From an uncultured cyanobacterium (lineage in GTDB: Bacteria > Cyanobacteriota > Cyanobacteriia > Cyanobacteriales > Microcystaceae), in NCBI GenBank assembly GCA_963807635.1, contig CAWEDJ010000071.1, positions 32,001 through 96,000 of the forward strand: a stretch of 64,000 bases of DNA, given 5' to 3'. The position numbers and the translations under genes were made by a program. The notes under the pieces are model-generated. The model was not told where the DNA came from, made no database searches, and saw only the letters and a list, made by a program, of their open reading frames with translations. Numbering within the stretch: the first letter of the stretch is position 1; each line of letters begins with the position of its first letter. Shown piece after piece: positions 9,611 through 19,782 of this stretch.

Positions 9611-12327
9611 CTAGGTTTTAGACAAAATTTTATCTATTTCAGTCTTGATTTTTTCAGCTAACACTTGAATATTAGGAGTTTCTAACATGGTATAGTGATC
9701 ACCAGGCACTTGATGAATATCCAAATCCATATCTCTTAAATTTAGCCACGCCCTCTCAGGTGCTTCATAGGTATAGTATATATTAGGGACTTTATCAATT
9801 TCTAACTCTCCATTTTTGAATTTTACCCATCTCTCATCAGATGGATTAAGGATCAATGACGAAGAAAATTCTATAAAAGAGTTAGCCTTATAAAAAGTTA
9901 CCTTGCCTGGGTAAGATTTAGGAGTATAATACTCCAATATATGTGTACCGTAGCCATTATCAATATGTGCAAAATAGCCATCAGAAAAGGAAAAGTGATT
10001 AGAAGAATGTAATTTTGTTGATACTTGAGACTTGATTTTTTTCAAAATTTTAGTAGGTCTCAATTTTGAAGTTTTATAGAGTCTTTTAATTATTGACTTG
10101 TTCTTTACCCAAATATCAAGAAGTAAAAAATTCAATATGTTATAGACTCTTTGATGGATGGGAAACGCTATTTTGTTTTTTTCTAGATACGTATCACTTA
10201 AAGCGAGTAAGCCTACCTGTTGACCTTGCTCAGTTAGTTGTTGAGCTATCTCATAGGCAATCACACCACCAAAAGAATGACCGACTAAAAAGTAAGGCCC
10301 CTCTGGCTGAAGCGATCGCATTTCCTCAATATAGTGAGTAGCCAAATTCTCCAGCTTAGGTAAAGATAATTCAGTATCTACAGGGCCTCCTATCCCATAA
10401 CGTAATCCATAAAAAGGTTGCTCTAGTCCTAGACAATTGGACAATTCTTTATAGACAAGAAAATGTATTCCAAATAAAGGAGGACGAGAACCCTGGGGTT
10501 GAATCGGAACCAGGGAATACCAGGAAGGTAACTCCACCTGAGAGGATACAACTTTAGCCAACTTCTTGATAGTGGGGGCTAAAAAGATAGTTGAGAGGGG
10601 AAAACTTTTATTAAAAGCTTTTTCCATTTGAGACAAAACCTGAGTGGCTAAAAGCGAATAGCCTCCTAATGCAAAAAAATTATCATCAATGCCAATTGGT
10701 TCGACCTGCAAGACTTCAGACCAGATTTTAACCAATTTTTCTTCTAAAGGTGTTACTGGCTCTTTGTACTCAGATTTTGCTTCCGTTGCAGGATCGATAG
10801 GAGTTAATCCTAATTTTTCAGCTAATCCTATACGTTGCAACTTTCCCGTTGGGCCTGTCGGTATTTTGTCAAGAAATAAAACAACACGGGGTACTTTAAA
10901 ATCAGCGAGTCGTTTTGTCGCAAACTCCTTAATTTCTTGTTCTGTTGTAGATGCTCCTTCCTTAAGAATCACCGCAACAGCCACATCTTCGCCTAACAGA
11001 GTGTGGGAGGCGGCAAACGTAACAACCTGTTTAATGGCGGGATGATCTAGTAATACTTCATCCACTTCACGGGGAGAAATTTTTTCACCACCACGATTAA
11101 TAATTTCCTTAATACGCCCTTTGAGAAAGAGATAATTGTCCCCATCTAAATAACCCAGATCACCCGTTCTAAACCAACCGTTAGTAAAAGCCGTTTGATT
11201 CGCTAGAGGATTATTTTCATAGCCTTGGGTAACATTCGCTCCTTGAATCGCGACTTCACCCACTTCACCCGAAGGAAGTATATTCCCAACGTCATCCAGA
11301 ATAGTGACTTTTGGGCCAGCCGCTAGTCCGACCGAACCAGGTTTGCGTTGTCCTGGGGGTAAAGGATTGCTGGCCATTTGGTGAGCCGCTTCAGTCATTC
11401 CATAGGCTTCAATAACAGGAGCATTAAAAACCTGTTCTAGTTCATCCATAACTTGGGGAGGCAAGGAGGCAGAAGAAGAACGGATAAACCGTAGTGACTG
11501 AATGTTAGACATTTTAGCGGGATTCGTTTTAGCCTTTTCCAAAATCATCTGGTGCATGGTCGGAACGGCACTGTACCAGGTCGGTTGAAATTCTTCTAAA
11601 TAATCTAAGAATTTAGGCGCATCAAAACCTGCGGTACAGACAACACTAGCACTAACATTTAAGGATGATAAAAGAACTGCCACTAATCCATGTATATGGA
11701 ATAATGGCATCACATTCAAACAGCGATCGCTTTGACTTAAAGCTAAAGTCTGACTAATTGTTTGGGCGGAGGTCAACAAATTTGTGTGGGTTAGAGGCAC
11801 TATTTTGGGACGCGAAGTTGTTCCTGAAGTATGCAGAACGAGAGCAACATCATCAGTCTGAGCAAAGCCTTTATTCGCTGTGTACTGAGGTTCACCTCCA
11901 GTCAGCGCAAATATTCCTGCTTCGGCGGTTAAAACAGGCGTGAGTTCGATGATGGAATATTTCGTTCTTTAGCAATCGTTCTAGCGGCCTCAGCAAAATC
12001 TTTTTGTACGATTAACGCTTTTGCATTTAGATCCGATAGATAAAAATCAAATTCCCCAGCGAGGTAAGCAGGATTCAGAGGCGCACAGGTAGCACAAGAT
12101 GCGACGGCTAAAAAGGCGACTGCTGTTTCTGGCCCATTGGGTAAAACAAGAGCAACTCTGTCTGTTCGACCGATGCCGATCGCATTCAGTTTGGCTACCA
12201 CTTGCTCAACCTGTGACAACAAGCTTTTATAGGTCAAGGGTTGACGACCAGGAGCATGGATGGCGATCGCATCAGGAATATTCTTAGTTTGAATAGATAG
12301 CCAATGATAGATATCAAAATTACTCAT
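9611..12327 (-). CDS. Stand-alone adenylation-PCP-thioesterase (A-T-TE) protein with an oxalate-CoA-ligase-like A domain; one frameshift near 11955
   Basis: Adding one base at ATTCC|ATC joins the two ORFs (~905 aa). A domain: LHTSGTTSRPK, PLFHIHGL, FIRSSSASL, EAYGMTEAAHQM, FRTGDLG, TGKLQR. PCP: DNFFALGGYSLLA. TE: GHSFGG...PGDH. Confidence 0.85.
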
Positions 12328-12381
12328 TTTACTGATTGCTTAAAATTGCTTAGATGCTAGTTTTTGGCTCAAAGTTATCGC

Positions 12382-13236
12382 TTATTTGGAGTGAACATAG
12401 GAAGCGTCATAGCGACTGGCCAAATTCATAATGAGATGCTCATTACATTCTGCTAGTCCTACTTGTTTCTTCTCTAGCCAGCCATCATTGTCTTTTAAAA
12501 AGGCGATTTCCTGTTCAATGGCCGCCTGAGCCGCAAACAAACAAGGAGTACTGTAATTGACCAGTCGCACTCCTGCTTCTTGTAATTGTTGGAGATTACA
12601 AGCAGGAGATTTCCCCCCTGCAATTTGATTAAATACTAGTGGGATGTGTATTTCTTCTTTAAGAACCCTGATCGTTTCCAGATCCTTAATTCCATCTGCC
12701 AAAATAGCATCAGCTCCTGCATTCACAAATGCTTTTGCTCTTCTGACAACTTCTTCAAGTTCCCCCGCATCTGTACGGGCAACAACAAATATATCTTTGC
12801 GAGTTGCTAATACTTTCTCTAGTTTCCTTAAATAATCATCCAAGTCCAAGAGTTGTTTCCCATCAAGATGGCCACATCGTCTGGGACGTTTTTGATCTTC
12901 CATAATCACACCCGCTACTCCCATTGTTTCTAATAAAGTCACAACATGGGATGCCACTTCTATATCGACATATCCATCATCGATATCAACTAATAGATAA
13001 TGATTGGGTAATATCGTTCTGACTCGGTGGACAAAACCTAGTATATCTGACCAACTGATAAAGCCAATATCTGGTAAACCATAATGACTAGCGGCAAAAC
13101 CAAATCCACTGATAAAAATTCCCTCGAAATACTTAGCCGCTATAGAGGCTGAAAAGACATCATATACACCGATAAAAGGAAATATATCGTCCTGTTTGAT
13201 TTTTTCACGAAAGAGGTTTGTTAAATTTTCTGACAT
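12382..13236 (-). CDS. Isocitrate lyase/PEP mutase superfamily C-C lyase, probable oxaloacetate acetylhydrolase
   Basis: ISGFG, GLPDIG, DIDDGY, EDQKRPRRCGH (lyase-branch loop), VARTDA, and LVNYSTP with Ser at the OAH marker position. Confidence 0.7.
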   Translation of the reverse strand: MSENLTNLFREKIKQDDIFPFIGVYDVFSASIAAKYFEGIFISGFGFAASHYGLPDIGFISWSDILGFVHRVRTILPNHYLLVDIDDGYVDIEVASHVVTLLETMGVAGVIMEDQKRPRRCGHLDGKQLLDLDDYLRKLEKVLATRKDIFVVARTDAGELEEVVRRAKAFVNAGADAILADGIKDLETIRVLKEEIHIPLVFNQIAGGKSPACNLQQLQEAGVRLVNYSTPCLFAAQAAIEQEIAFLKDNDGWLEKKQVGLAECNEHLIMNLASRYDASYVHSK

Positions 13237-13289
13237 GGTAATTTTTCTTTTTTGTTGAATGTTTTGAATAACAATTTTATAGAGGCTTA

Positions 13290-13320
13290 AAGCCTCCCAG
13301 AATTGGGGTTTGAGGAGGCA
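13290..13320. repeat. Degenerate short cyanobacterial dispersed repeat (CCCCCAGAATTGGGGG type)
   Basis: aagcctcccagaattggggtttgaggaggc, a GC-rich hairpin-like stretch in an AT-rich intergenic region. Confidence 0.4.
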
Positions 13321-13579
13321 ACCTTCTGTCTAATGAAAATTACTAATAGATTTTTCTCTAGACAATTTTTTTAGACTTAACCTTTGCAATGTAAAATTAA
13401 GTCTATGGGTTGTATATTGAAATTTTTACCAGCGAAAAACAAAAAATTGTGATGTTCGTAATGTTTGTTTTGTAATTGAATTTACCTTTTTCTGGGTCAT
13501 ATAAAAATCAATAATTCGTATTTAGATAACATTAATTATCGATTAGTATTTTTTTCTGAATCTAGGCTTTAGAGGAAAT

Positions 13580-14842
13580 TTACGTTGGTGTTTTCCATCG
13601 ATGTGGTATAAAAACACTACCAAATGAATCTAATACAGGACGATTTCGTATTTGTTTTCCTTCAACCTGAAAGGATGCCGCGTACTCCACATAATCAACG
13701 ACTTTTCCTTCTTCACTACTCCAAAGTCCCGCATTAATCCTATAACGACCAGGTAGAAGTAACAGTTCGTCAATTTCACAAATAAACTTGCTTTCCTTTG
13801 TTGAAATGATCATATCTTCTCGACTATATGCAGAAGAATCAAATAGAGTAACTGGCTGACTATGTTGATTATAGATTGAAAAAAAGCAGACTAATCCTGG
13901 ATATATCTTGGTAGCATAAAAAACGAAAATAGCAGAAGAACCTACTATTAATGTATCAGATAAATCACTTTCCGCACCATTGAATTTCATGTCAATGAGT
14001 CGTGATTCACCACTCCCATTACGATCTGCTCGTTCTGAAAGATTTTGAGATGATGCTTTTTCTAAACTTCTAATGTAACTTTCTACTACTTTATTAGCCG
14101 TGTCATTAGCTAAAATAGTTCCTTTTCCAAGGAGAATACCATGAGTGCAAAGTGATTGTAATATTCCCAAGTTATGACTAACAAATAATATTGTTCTTCC
14201 CTCTTTACCAACCTCTTCCATTTTTCCTAAGCACTTCTTCTGAAACTGAGCATCTCCAACGGCTAAAACTTCATCCACAATCAAAATTTCAGGTTCCAAA
14301 TGGACTGCCACAGCAAATGCCAACCGCACATACATACCCGAAGAATAATGCTTCACTGGTGTATCTAAAAATTTCTCTACCTCAGCAAAATCGACAATTT
14401 CATCAAATTTTCTCGTTATTTCTGCTTTGCTCATTCCTAAAATTGCACCGTTAAGATAGGTATTTTCTCTTCCTGTCAACTCAGGATGAAAACCCGTACC
14501 TACTTCTAATAAACTAGCGACTCTTCCCTTAATTGAGATTCGGCCAGATGTTGGCTCAGTAATTCGACTTAAAATTTTCAATAGTGTTGATTTACCTGCA
14601 CCATTACGTCCGATAATACCAACGCGATCGCCTTGTTTGATTTCAAAAGAGATATCTTTCAACGCCCAGAAATCTTCTTTTTGTGAGTTTTGTACCTTGA
14701 ATTTTTGATTGTGTATATTTTTTAAGAAAGATATGCTTTTATTCGTTATAACATCTCTTAAAGCAGTATATCTTTCTTGCTTTTGATGTTTAATAATATA
14801 CCTTTTACTTAAATTTTCAACTTGAATAATGGTATCAGACAT
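13580..14842 (-). CDS. wzt: Polysaccharide ABC exporter ATP-binding subunit with C-terminal Wzt_C carbohydrate-binding domain
   Basis: GRNGAGKST, YSSGMYVRLAF, ILIVDEVLAVGD, plus a ~150-aa C-terminal extension (LLPGRYRI). Confidence 0.92.
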   Translation of the reverse strand: MSDTIIQVENLSKRYIIKHQKQERYTALRDVITNKSISFLKNIHNQKFKVQNSQKEDFWALKDISFEIKQGDRVGIIGRNGAGKSTLLKILSRITEPTSGRISIKGRVASLLEVGTGFHPELTGRENTYLNGAILGMSKAEITRKFDEIVDFAEVEKFLDTPVKHYSSGMYVRLAFAVAVHLEPEILIVDEVLAVGDAQFQKKCLGKMEEVGKEGRTILFVSHNLGILQSLCTHGILLGKGTILANDTANKVVESYIRSLEKASSQNLSERADRNGSGESRLIDMKFNGAESDLSDTLIVGSSAIFVFYATKIYPGLVCFFSIYNQHSQPVTLFDSSAYSREDMIISTKESKFICEIDELLLLPGRYRINAGLWSSEEGKVVDYVEYAASFQVEGKQIRNRPVLDSFGSVFIPHRWKTPT

Positions 14843-14928
14843 AATTAATTTGTTAAAATATTATTTAGATATTAGATTAAAATGGTTTTTAATATTAGTA
14901 CTACTGAGTTACTTAGCACAATTTCAGA

Positions 14929-15870
14929 CTATATACCCAACAATTCGGCATAACACCAATTGGCATAAACTTGGACACCCCGCTCTAAAGATACAAAATC
15001 AGTTATTCCTAGATTTCCTAATTTTGTAACATCAGCTTGCCAATTAAGAGGCATTCCCACAGGAACGATTCCATCAAATTCAACACTTCCTTTGTAATCT
15101 AAGGATTTAAACACCATATTCGTTAGTTCTGAAACAGTGATTTCTCTTCCACTTGCAATATTATATGCCTCTCCTTGCATGGGAGCAGAAGTTGCCACTA
15201 CCATTAAAGCCTTGGCAATATCAAGTGCATGAATAAAATCACGACTTTCTCGACCCGATCCCTGTAAATTAACGATAAATTGATAAATTGCTTGTCGGCA
15301 AATATCCCAAAGCACTTGACGGCGTAAACCTGGACCATAAGCGGAAAAAATTCGTACACTTGCAGTTTGTAAGTCATAAATCTTGCTAAATTCTAAACAT
15401 AGTTGTTCGCTTTGCAATTTATGAAAGCCATAAGGAGAGATGGGGTTACAGCCTTGAGTTTCTCCAATGGGTAATGACTCAGGATTTCCATAAACGGCTG
15501 CAGTAGAAAGAAAAATAAATCGACAACTAGGAACGTTAATTCGTAACGCATTTAAAACTTCAAACGTTAAAGCTGCGTTAGATTGGAAGTCAATATCGGG
15601 ATCAATTACCGACAATCCAACAGAAGCGCGCCCTGCACAATGAATACAAACATTAGGAGAATATTCCTTTAATAAATTATTAAAAGACGGATCTGGTAAT
15701 CTGACACGATGATAGGTAGTTAAGTTGTGAAGAGGAGCATTTTCAGGAGGCGAATCACCAATACCAATTACAGACCAACCTTGCTCTGAGAAATGTCGAG
15801 CAATATAACGGCCAATAAATCCTGCTACCCCAGTAACTAAAACCGATTGTAAGTTAGTATTCATTTCCAT
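14929..15870 (-). CDS. NAD-dependent epimerase/dehydratase
   Basis: TGVAGFIG, SPYGFHK, RDFIH motifs. Confidence 0.9.
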   Translation of the reverse strand: MEMNTNLQSVLVTGVAGFIGRYIARHFSEQGWSVIGIGDSPPENAPLHNLTTYHRVRLPDPSFNNLLKEYSPNVCIHCAGRASVGLSVIDPDIDFQSNAALTFEVLNALRINVPSCRFIFLSTAAVYGNPESLPIGETQGCNPISPYGFHKLQSEQLCLEFSKIYDLQTASVRIFSAYGPGLRRQVLWDICRQAIYQFIVNLQGSGRESRDFIHALDIAKALMVVATSAPMQGEAYNIASGREITVSELTNMVFKSLDYKGSVEFDGIVPVGMPLNWQADVTKLGNLGITDFVSLERGVQVYANWCYAELLGI

Positions 15871-15953
15871 TATGTTGTAAGAATAATTTTACACCAAAAA
15901 ATAAATAAATTTTTGAAAATAATTTTATGTTTTTAAAACTTTAGCTTAAAAAT

Positions 15954-17201
15954 TTAGATTTCTAAAATAGCTTTTTTCCACCAACCTTTTCGAGTTTTAT
16001 TAAAATTAAAAGCATCTTCTAAAATTTGCTTATTTAATTTTTCTAAGACTTCTTTTTTAGATAAAGCGTCACAAATATAAGCGGCTGCTTCATGGGGTTT
16101 ATTCATCTCTAAAATTGGTAAACCAGATAAATAGGGCAAAGCATTTAAGCAAGGCTGTGTTGCAAAGAATGGTAGTCCATAGGAAACACATTCAACTACT
16201 TTCATTTTGACAGAAAAATCATTATCAATAGGGCAGATAAACATATCGGAAGTCTGAAACAAATTTTCAAGCTGCTCTTGAGGAATAAAACCAGGAATAT
16301 GGACGTTATTTTTAATAGTCCAATCTTTTGGCATATCATTATAATTTGTACCAGTAATGACAATTTTTATTTGATTATTTAATCTTAATAATCTGGGAGA
16401 TAATTCACTAAGTAACCATTTTACGGCTAAAAAATTAAAATAATAATTAATATTGCCTGCAAAGAAAACTGTTTGTGAATTCGTATAATGCCAACCGACA
16501 ATTTTAGGTGGTATAACTTGTGAGTTAACCAATACTTTCTTATTAGATAGCAAATAGTTAGGAATATCTGCTTCGGACATAAATATACATTTATTAGCGA
16601 ATTGACAGACTTTTTTTTCAAAGTTTTTTATTCTTAAAAAACTAATCAGGATATGAAATTTAGATTCATGGTAATAATGTGGAGCAAGGGCTTTATAAAA
16701 TTCAGCTTCTTTATCAGTTGCAAGATAAACTTTTTTTTGTTTAAGATCAAGAAAATTTTTAAACCATAAAATACTATATAATTGTTCAACAATAACAACT
16801 CCAATGGAGAGTTGATCGCAAAGATCAGTTAAATATTTAGAAACGTTTTTCACTTGATCCTGATTATTACAAAGTGTTTTGCTTGCCTGCCAAAGGCTAA
16901 AGTGCAAAAAAAAAGATCGTATTTTAAGGTTTATACGTTGTAATAATAAGGATAATTTAGTCGGAAAAATTTGCGGTTTTGTTGAAGGAGATGGTGGCGT
17001 AGCAAAGTAATATTTTACTTGCAGTTTATCTAATTGAATACTAGCTCTCAATTGATTTTTTTCTTCACAAATAATGGCAACATAAAAATTGATATTTTCT
17101 ATTTTTGACAATTGAAAAATATCATTTAAAATTGCCATTGCACCACCATCATTATTATACAAAGGATAACTTGTGAAATAAAGAATATTTTGCTTTTCCA
17201 T
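15954..17201 (-). CDS. Glycosyltransferase (GT4-like), paralogue 1
   Basis: FFAGNINY, GFIP, SVKMKVVECVSYGLPF donor-binding domain. Confidence 0.8.
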   Translation of the reverse strand: MEKQNILYFTSYPLYNNDGGAMAILNDIFQLSKIENINFYVAIICEEKNQLRASIQLDKLQVKYYFATPPSPSTKPQIFPTKLSLLLQRINLKIRSFFLHFSLWQASKTLCNNQDQVKNVSKYLTDLCDQLSIGVVIVEQLYSILWFKNFLDLKQKKVYLATDKEAEFYKALAPHYYHESKFHILISFLRIKNFEKKVCQFANKCIFMSEADIPNYLLSNKKVLVNSQVIPPKIVGWHYTNSQTVFFAGNINYYFNFLAVKWLLSELSPRLLRLNNQIKIVITGTNYNDMPKDWTIKNNVHIPGFIPQEQLENLFQTSDMFICPIDNDFSVKMKVVECVSYGLPFFATQPCLNALPYLSGLPILEMNKPHEAAAYICDALSKKEVLEKLNKQILEDAFNFNKTRKGWWKKAILEI

Positions 17202-17393
17202 ATCTTCTCTCTAGAGCTATTTTGATATTAATACCTTTTAATACGTTGATATTTATATTTCATTAGAGGAATATGAAGAATATCTTAAGTATTAGTAATT
17301 TCTTCTCTTTTGTTTGATACTCCCGTATAAATATTTTTAGGTAAGATAACCCAAGTTTGTTAGTTTGTAGATCAATATTTATTGATTTAATAT

Positions 17394-18614
17394 TTAAGCA
17401 TCTAAAATAGATTTTTCCCACCAATCTTTTTGAGTTTTATTAAAATTAAAAGCATCCTCTAAAATTTGCTTATTTAATTTTTCTAAGACTTCTTTTTTAG
17501 ATAAAGTGTCACAAATATAAGCGGCTGCTTCATCGGGTTTATTCATCTCTAAAATTGGTAAACCAGATAAATAGGGCAAAGCATTTAAGCAAGGCTGTGT
17601 TGCAAAGAATGGTAGTCCATAGGAAACACATTCAACTAATTTCATTTTTACGGAAAAATCATTATCAATAGGACAGATAAACATATCGGAAGTCTGAAAC
17701 AAATTTTCAAGCTGTTCTTGAGGAATAAAACCAGGAATATGGACGTTATTTTCAATAGTCCAATCTTTTGGCATATCATCATAATTTGTACCAGTAATGA
17801 CAATTTTTATTTGATTATTTAATCTTAATAATCTGGGAGATAATTCACTGAGTAACCATTTTACGGCTAAAAAATTGGGATGATAATCAATATTGCCTGC
17901 AAAGAAAACTGTCTGTGAATTTGTATAATACCAGCCAACCAGTTTAGGTGGAAGTATTGGGGAATTAATTAATACTTTTTCATTAGCTAGTAAATAATTA
18001 GGAATATCTGCTTTGGACATAAATATACATCTATCAGCTAATTCACAGACTCTTTTTTCAAAATTTCTTAGTCTTAAAGATTTAATAAAATTAAAAAACT
18101 TGGAAAATTTAGAACTATCATATTTCGTAAGATACTTGAATAGTTCTGCTTCTTTATCAAATGCAAGATAGATTTTTTTCTGTTTAAAACCAAGAAAATT
18201 TTCAAACCATAAAATACTATATAATTGTTCAACAATAATAACCTGAATCAAATATTTCTCGCAAAAATCAGTTAAATAGTTAGAAATACTTTTGACTTGA
18301 TTATGATTGTAAAATCGTATTTCCATTTCATACCAAAAACCAAAATATGATTGTATTTTATAAAATATTTTTTTTAAGAAGTTCTTTGTTTTTTTTGTTG
18401 GTATTGTTGGCGAAAAAAAGTGATATTTTATACCGAGTTTATCCAATTTTGCACTGATTTTCGATTTACTATTTTCTTGACAGCAAATAATAACATAAAG
18501 ATTAATTTCTTCTATGTGAGATATCCTAAAAATATTGTTTAAAATCTCCATGCTACCACCATCATTAAGGTCTAATGGATAGCTTGTGAAATAAAGAATA
18601 TTACGCTTTTTCAT
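17394..18614 (-). CDS. Glycosyltransferase (GT4-like), paralogue 2
   Basis: Same motifs; C-terminal half near-identical to 15954..17201 at an offset of 1440 bp. Confidence 0.8.
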   Translation of the reverse strand: MKKRNILYFTSYPLDLNDGGSMEILNNIFRISHIEEINLYVIICCQENSKSKISAKLDKLGIKYHFFSPTIPTKKTKNFLKKIFYKIQSYFGFWYEMEIRFYNHNQVKSISNYLTDFCEKYLIQVIIVEQLYSILWFENFLGFKQKKIYLAFDKEAELFKYLTKYDSSKFSKFFNFIKSLRLRNFEKRVCELADRCIFMSKADIPNYLLANEKVLINSPILPPKLVGWYYTNSQTVFFAGNIDYHPNFLAVKWLLSELSPRLLRLNNQIKIVITGTNYDDMPKDWTIENNVHIPGFIPQEQLENLFQTSDMFICPIDNDFSVKMKLVECVSYGLPFFATQPCLNALPYLSGLPILEMNKPDEAAAYICDTLSKKEVLEKLNKQILEDAFNFNKTQKDWWEKSILDA

Positions 18615-18729
18615 GTCTATTTTATTAAAATTAATTTTCAGTTTTTTCTAAATAGAGAAACAATAAGAAAGAAAAATTCAGATCTAAATTTTTTAGGATA
18701 TAACTTCAAAATAAAGCCCAAAAATCACT

Positions 18730-18825
18730 TATAGCGATATTCATAAAAGTGAGGTATAGCCAAAGCTTGATTAACAAGGGGCTTAAGCCCCTTGCCTGTA
18801 CCTCATAGGACTGCACACCGCTATA
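18730..18825. mobile_element. 96-bp MITE-like element (same family as 5851-5945) with an internal palindrome
   Basis: TATAGCGatattcataaaagTGAGGTA and (reverse complement) TATAGCGgtgtgcagtcctaTGAGGTA; contains CAAGGGGCTTAAGCCCCTTG. Confidence 0.75.
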
Positions 18826-18894
18826 TCTTTTTGAAATCAAAAGATATAGTATGGTTCGTCATTTTAATGTTTTATTTGGGAAAAATTGAATAAA

Positions 18895-19723
18895 CTAAAT
18901 CACATCTGCAAAGGTTCGTTCGGTTTTACGGAAATACCAAATTCCCGTAATCATAAAAAAGGCAACTATAAATAAAGATAAAAGAAAGCCAGGTAAATAG
19001 ATATTATATTGTGTTCCTAAAATTGCCCATCGAAACCCATCGATTACCCCAACCATCGGATTTAAGGAGTACAGCAAACGCCACTTTTGAGGAACGATAT
19101 TACTACTGAAACCGACGGGAGAAATATAGAGTCCAAACTGAACAATAAAGGGAACAATATAACGAAAATCACGATATTTTACATTCAGTGAAGCCAACCA
19201 TAAACCTGCTCCCATTGAAGCGGCAAAGGCGAATCGCGATAAAAAAGGGTAAAGTCAGAATACGCCAACTGGGAACAAAGTTGTACCAAGCCATTAAGCC
19301 CAATAAAATCATGCCTGAGACGAGAAAATCTACGAAACTCACGACGACGGCACTGGTGGGAATAATTAATCGAGGAAAATAAATTTTAGAAATCAGGTTG
19401 GAATTGGTAATTAAACTATTACTACATTCAGTCAATGAATTAGAAAAAAATTGCCAAGGTAACATGGCTGAAAATACCAAAATGGGGTAGGGAACGCCCT
19501 GGGAAGGTAGTTTGGCGATACTTCCAAACACCACAGTAAAAACAATCATTGTCAGAAGAGGACGAATTAATGCCCAAGCAATGCCAATGAAGGTTTGTTT
19601 ATAACGGACTAAAATATCACGCCAAGCGAGAAAATAGAAAAGCTCTCGATATTTCCAAATATCTTGCCAATACTGTTTTTCAGTTCGTTCAGCTTCGATA
19701 ATAATAGTCGATTTAGCAGTCAT
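18895..19723 (-). CDS. wzm: Polysaccharide ABC exporter permease; frameshift near 19232
   Basis: LAWRDILVRYKQT, KIYFPR, NVKYRDF, LNPM; an extra base inside a HIP1 site (GCGAATCGC at 19229-19237). Confidence 0.9.
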
Positions 19724-19782
19724 GTTAAAAGAGTCTAAATAATTTAATTCGTAAGGTTTTGGACAATTGGTTGTCTGGAATT

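Noticed and set aside
9611..12327. Classical NRPS secondary-metabolite cluster
   Set aside because: No condensation or KS domains; the A domain is of the acyl-CoA-ligase type and all neighbours are glycan genes.
12382..13236. PEP mutase and a phosphonate-decorated polysaccharide
   Set aside because: Lacks the EDK-x5-NS PEP-mutase motif and has RRCGH instead; no phosphonopyruvate decarboxylase or related genes in the window.
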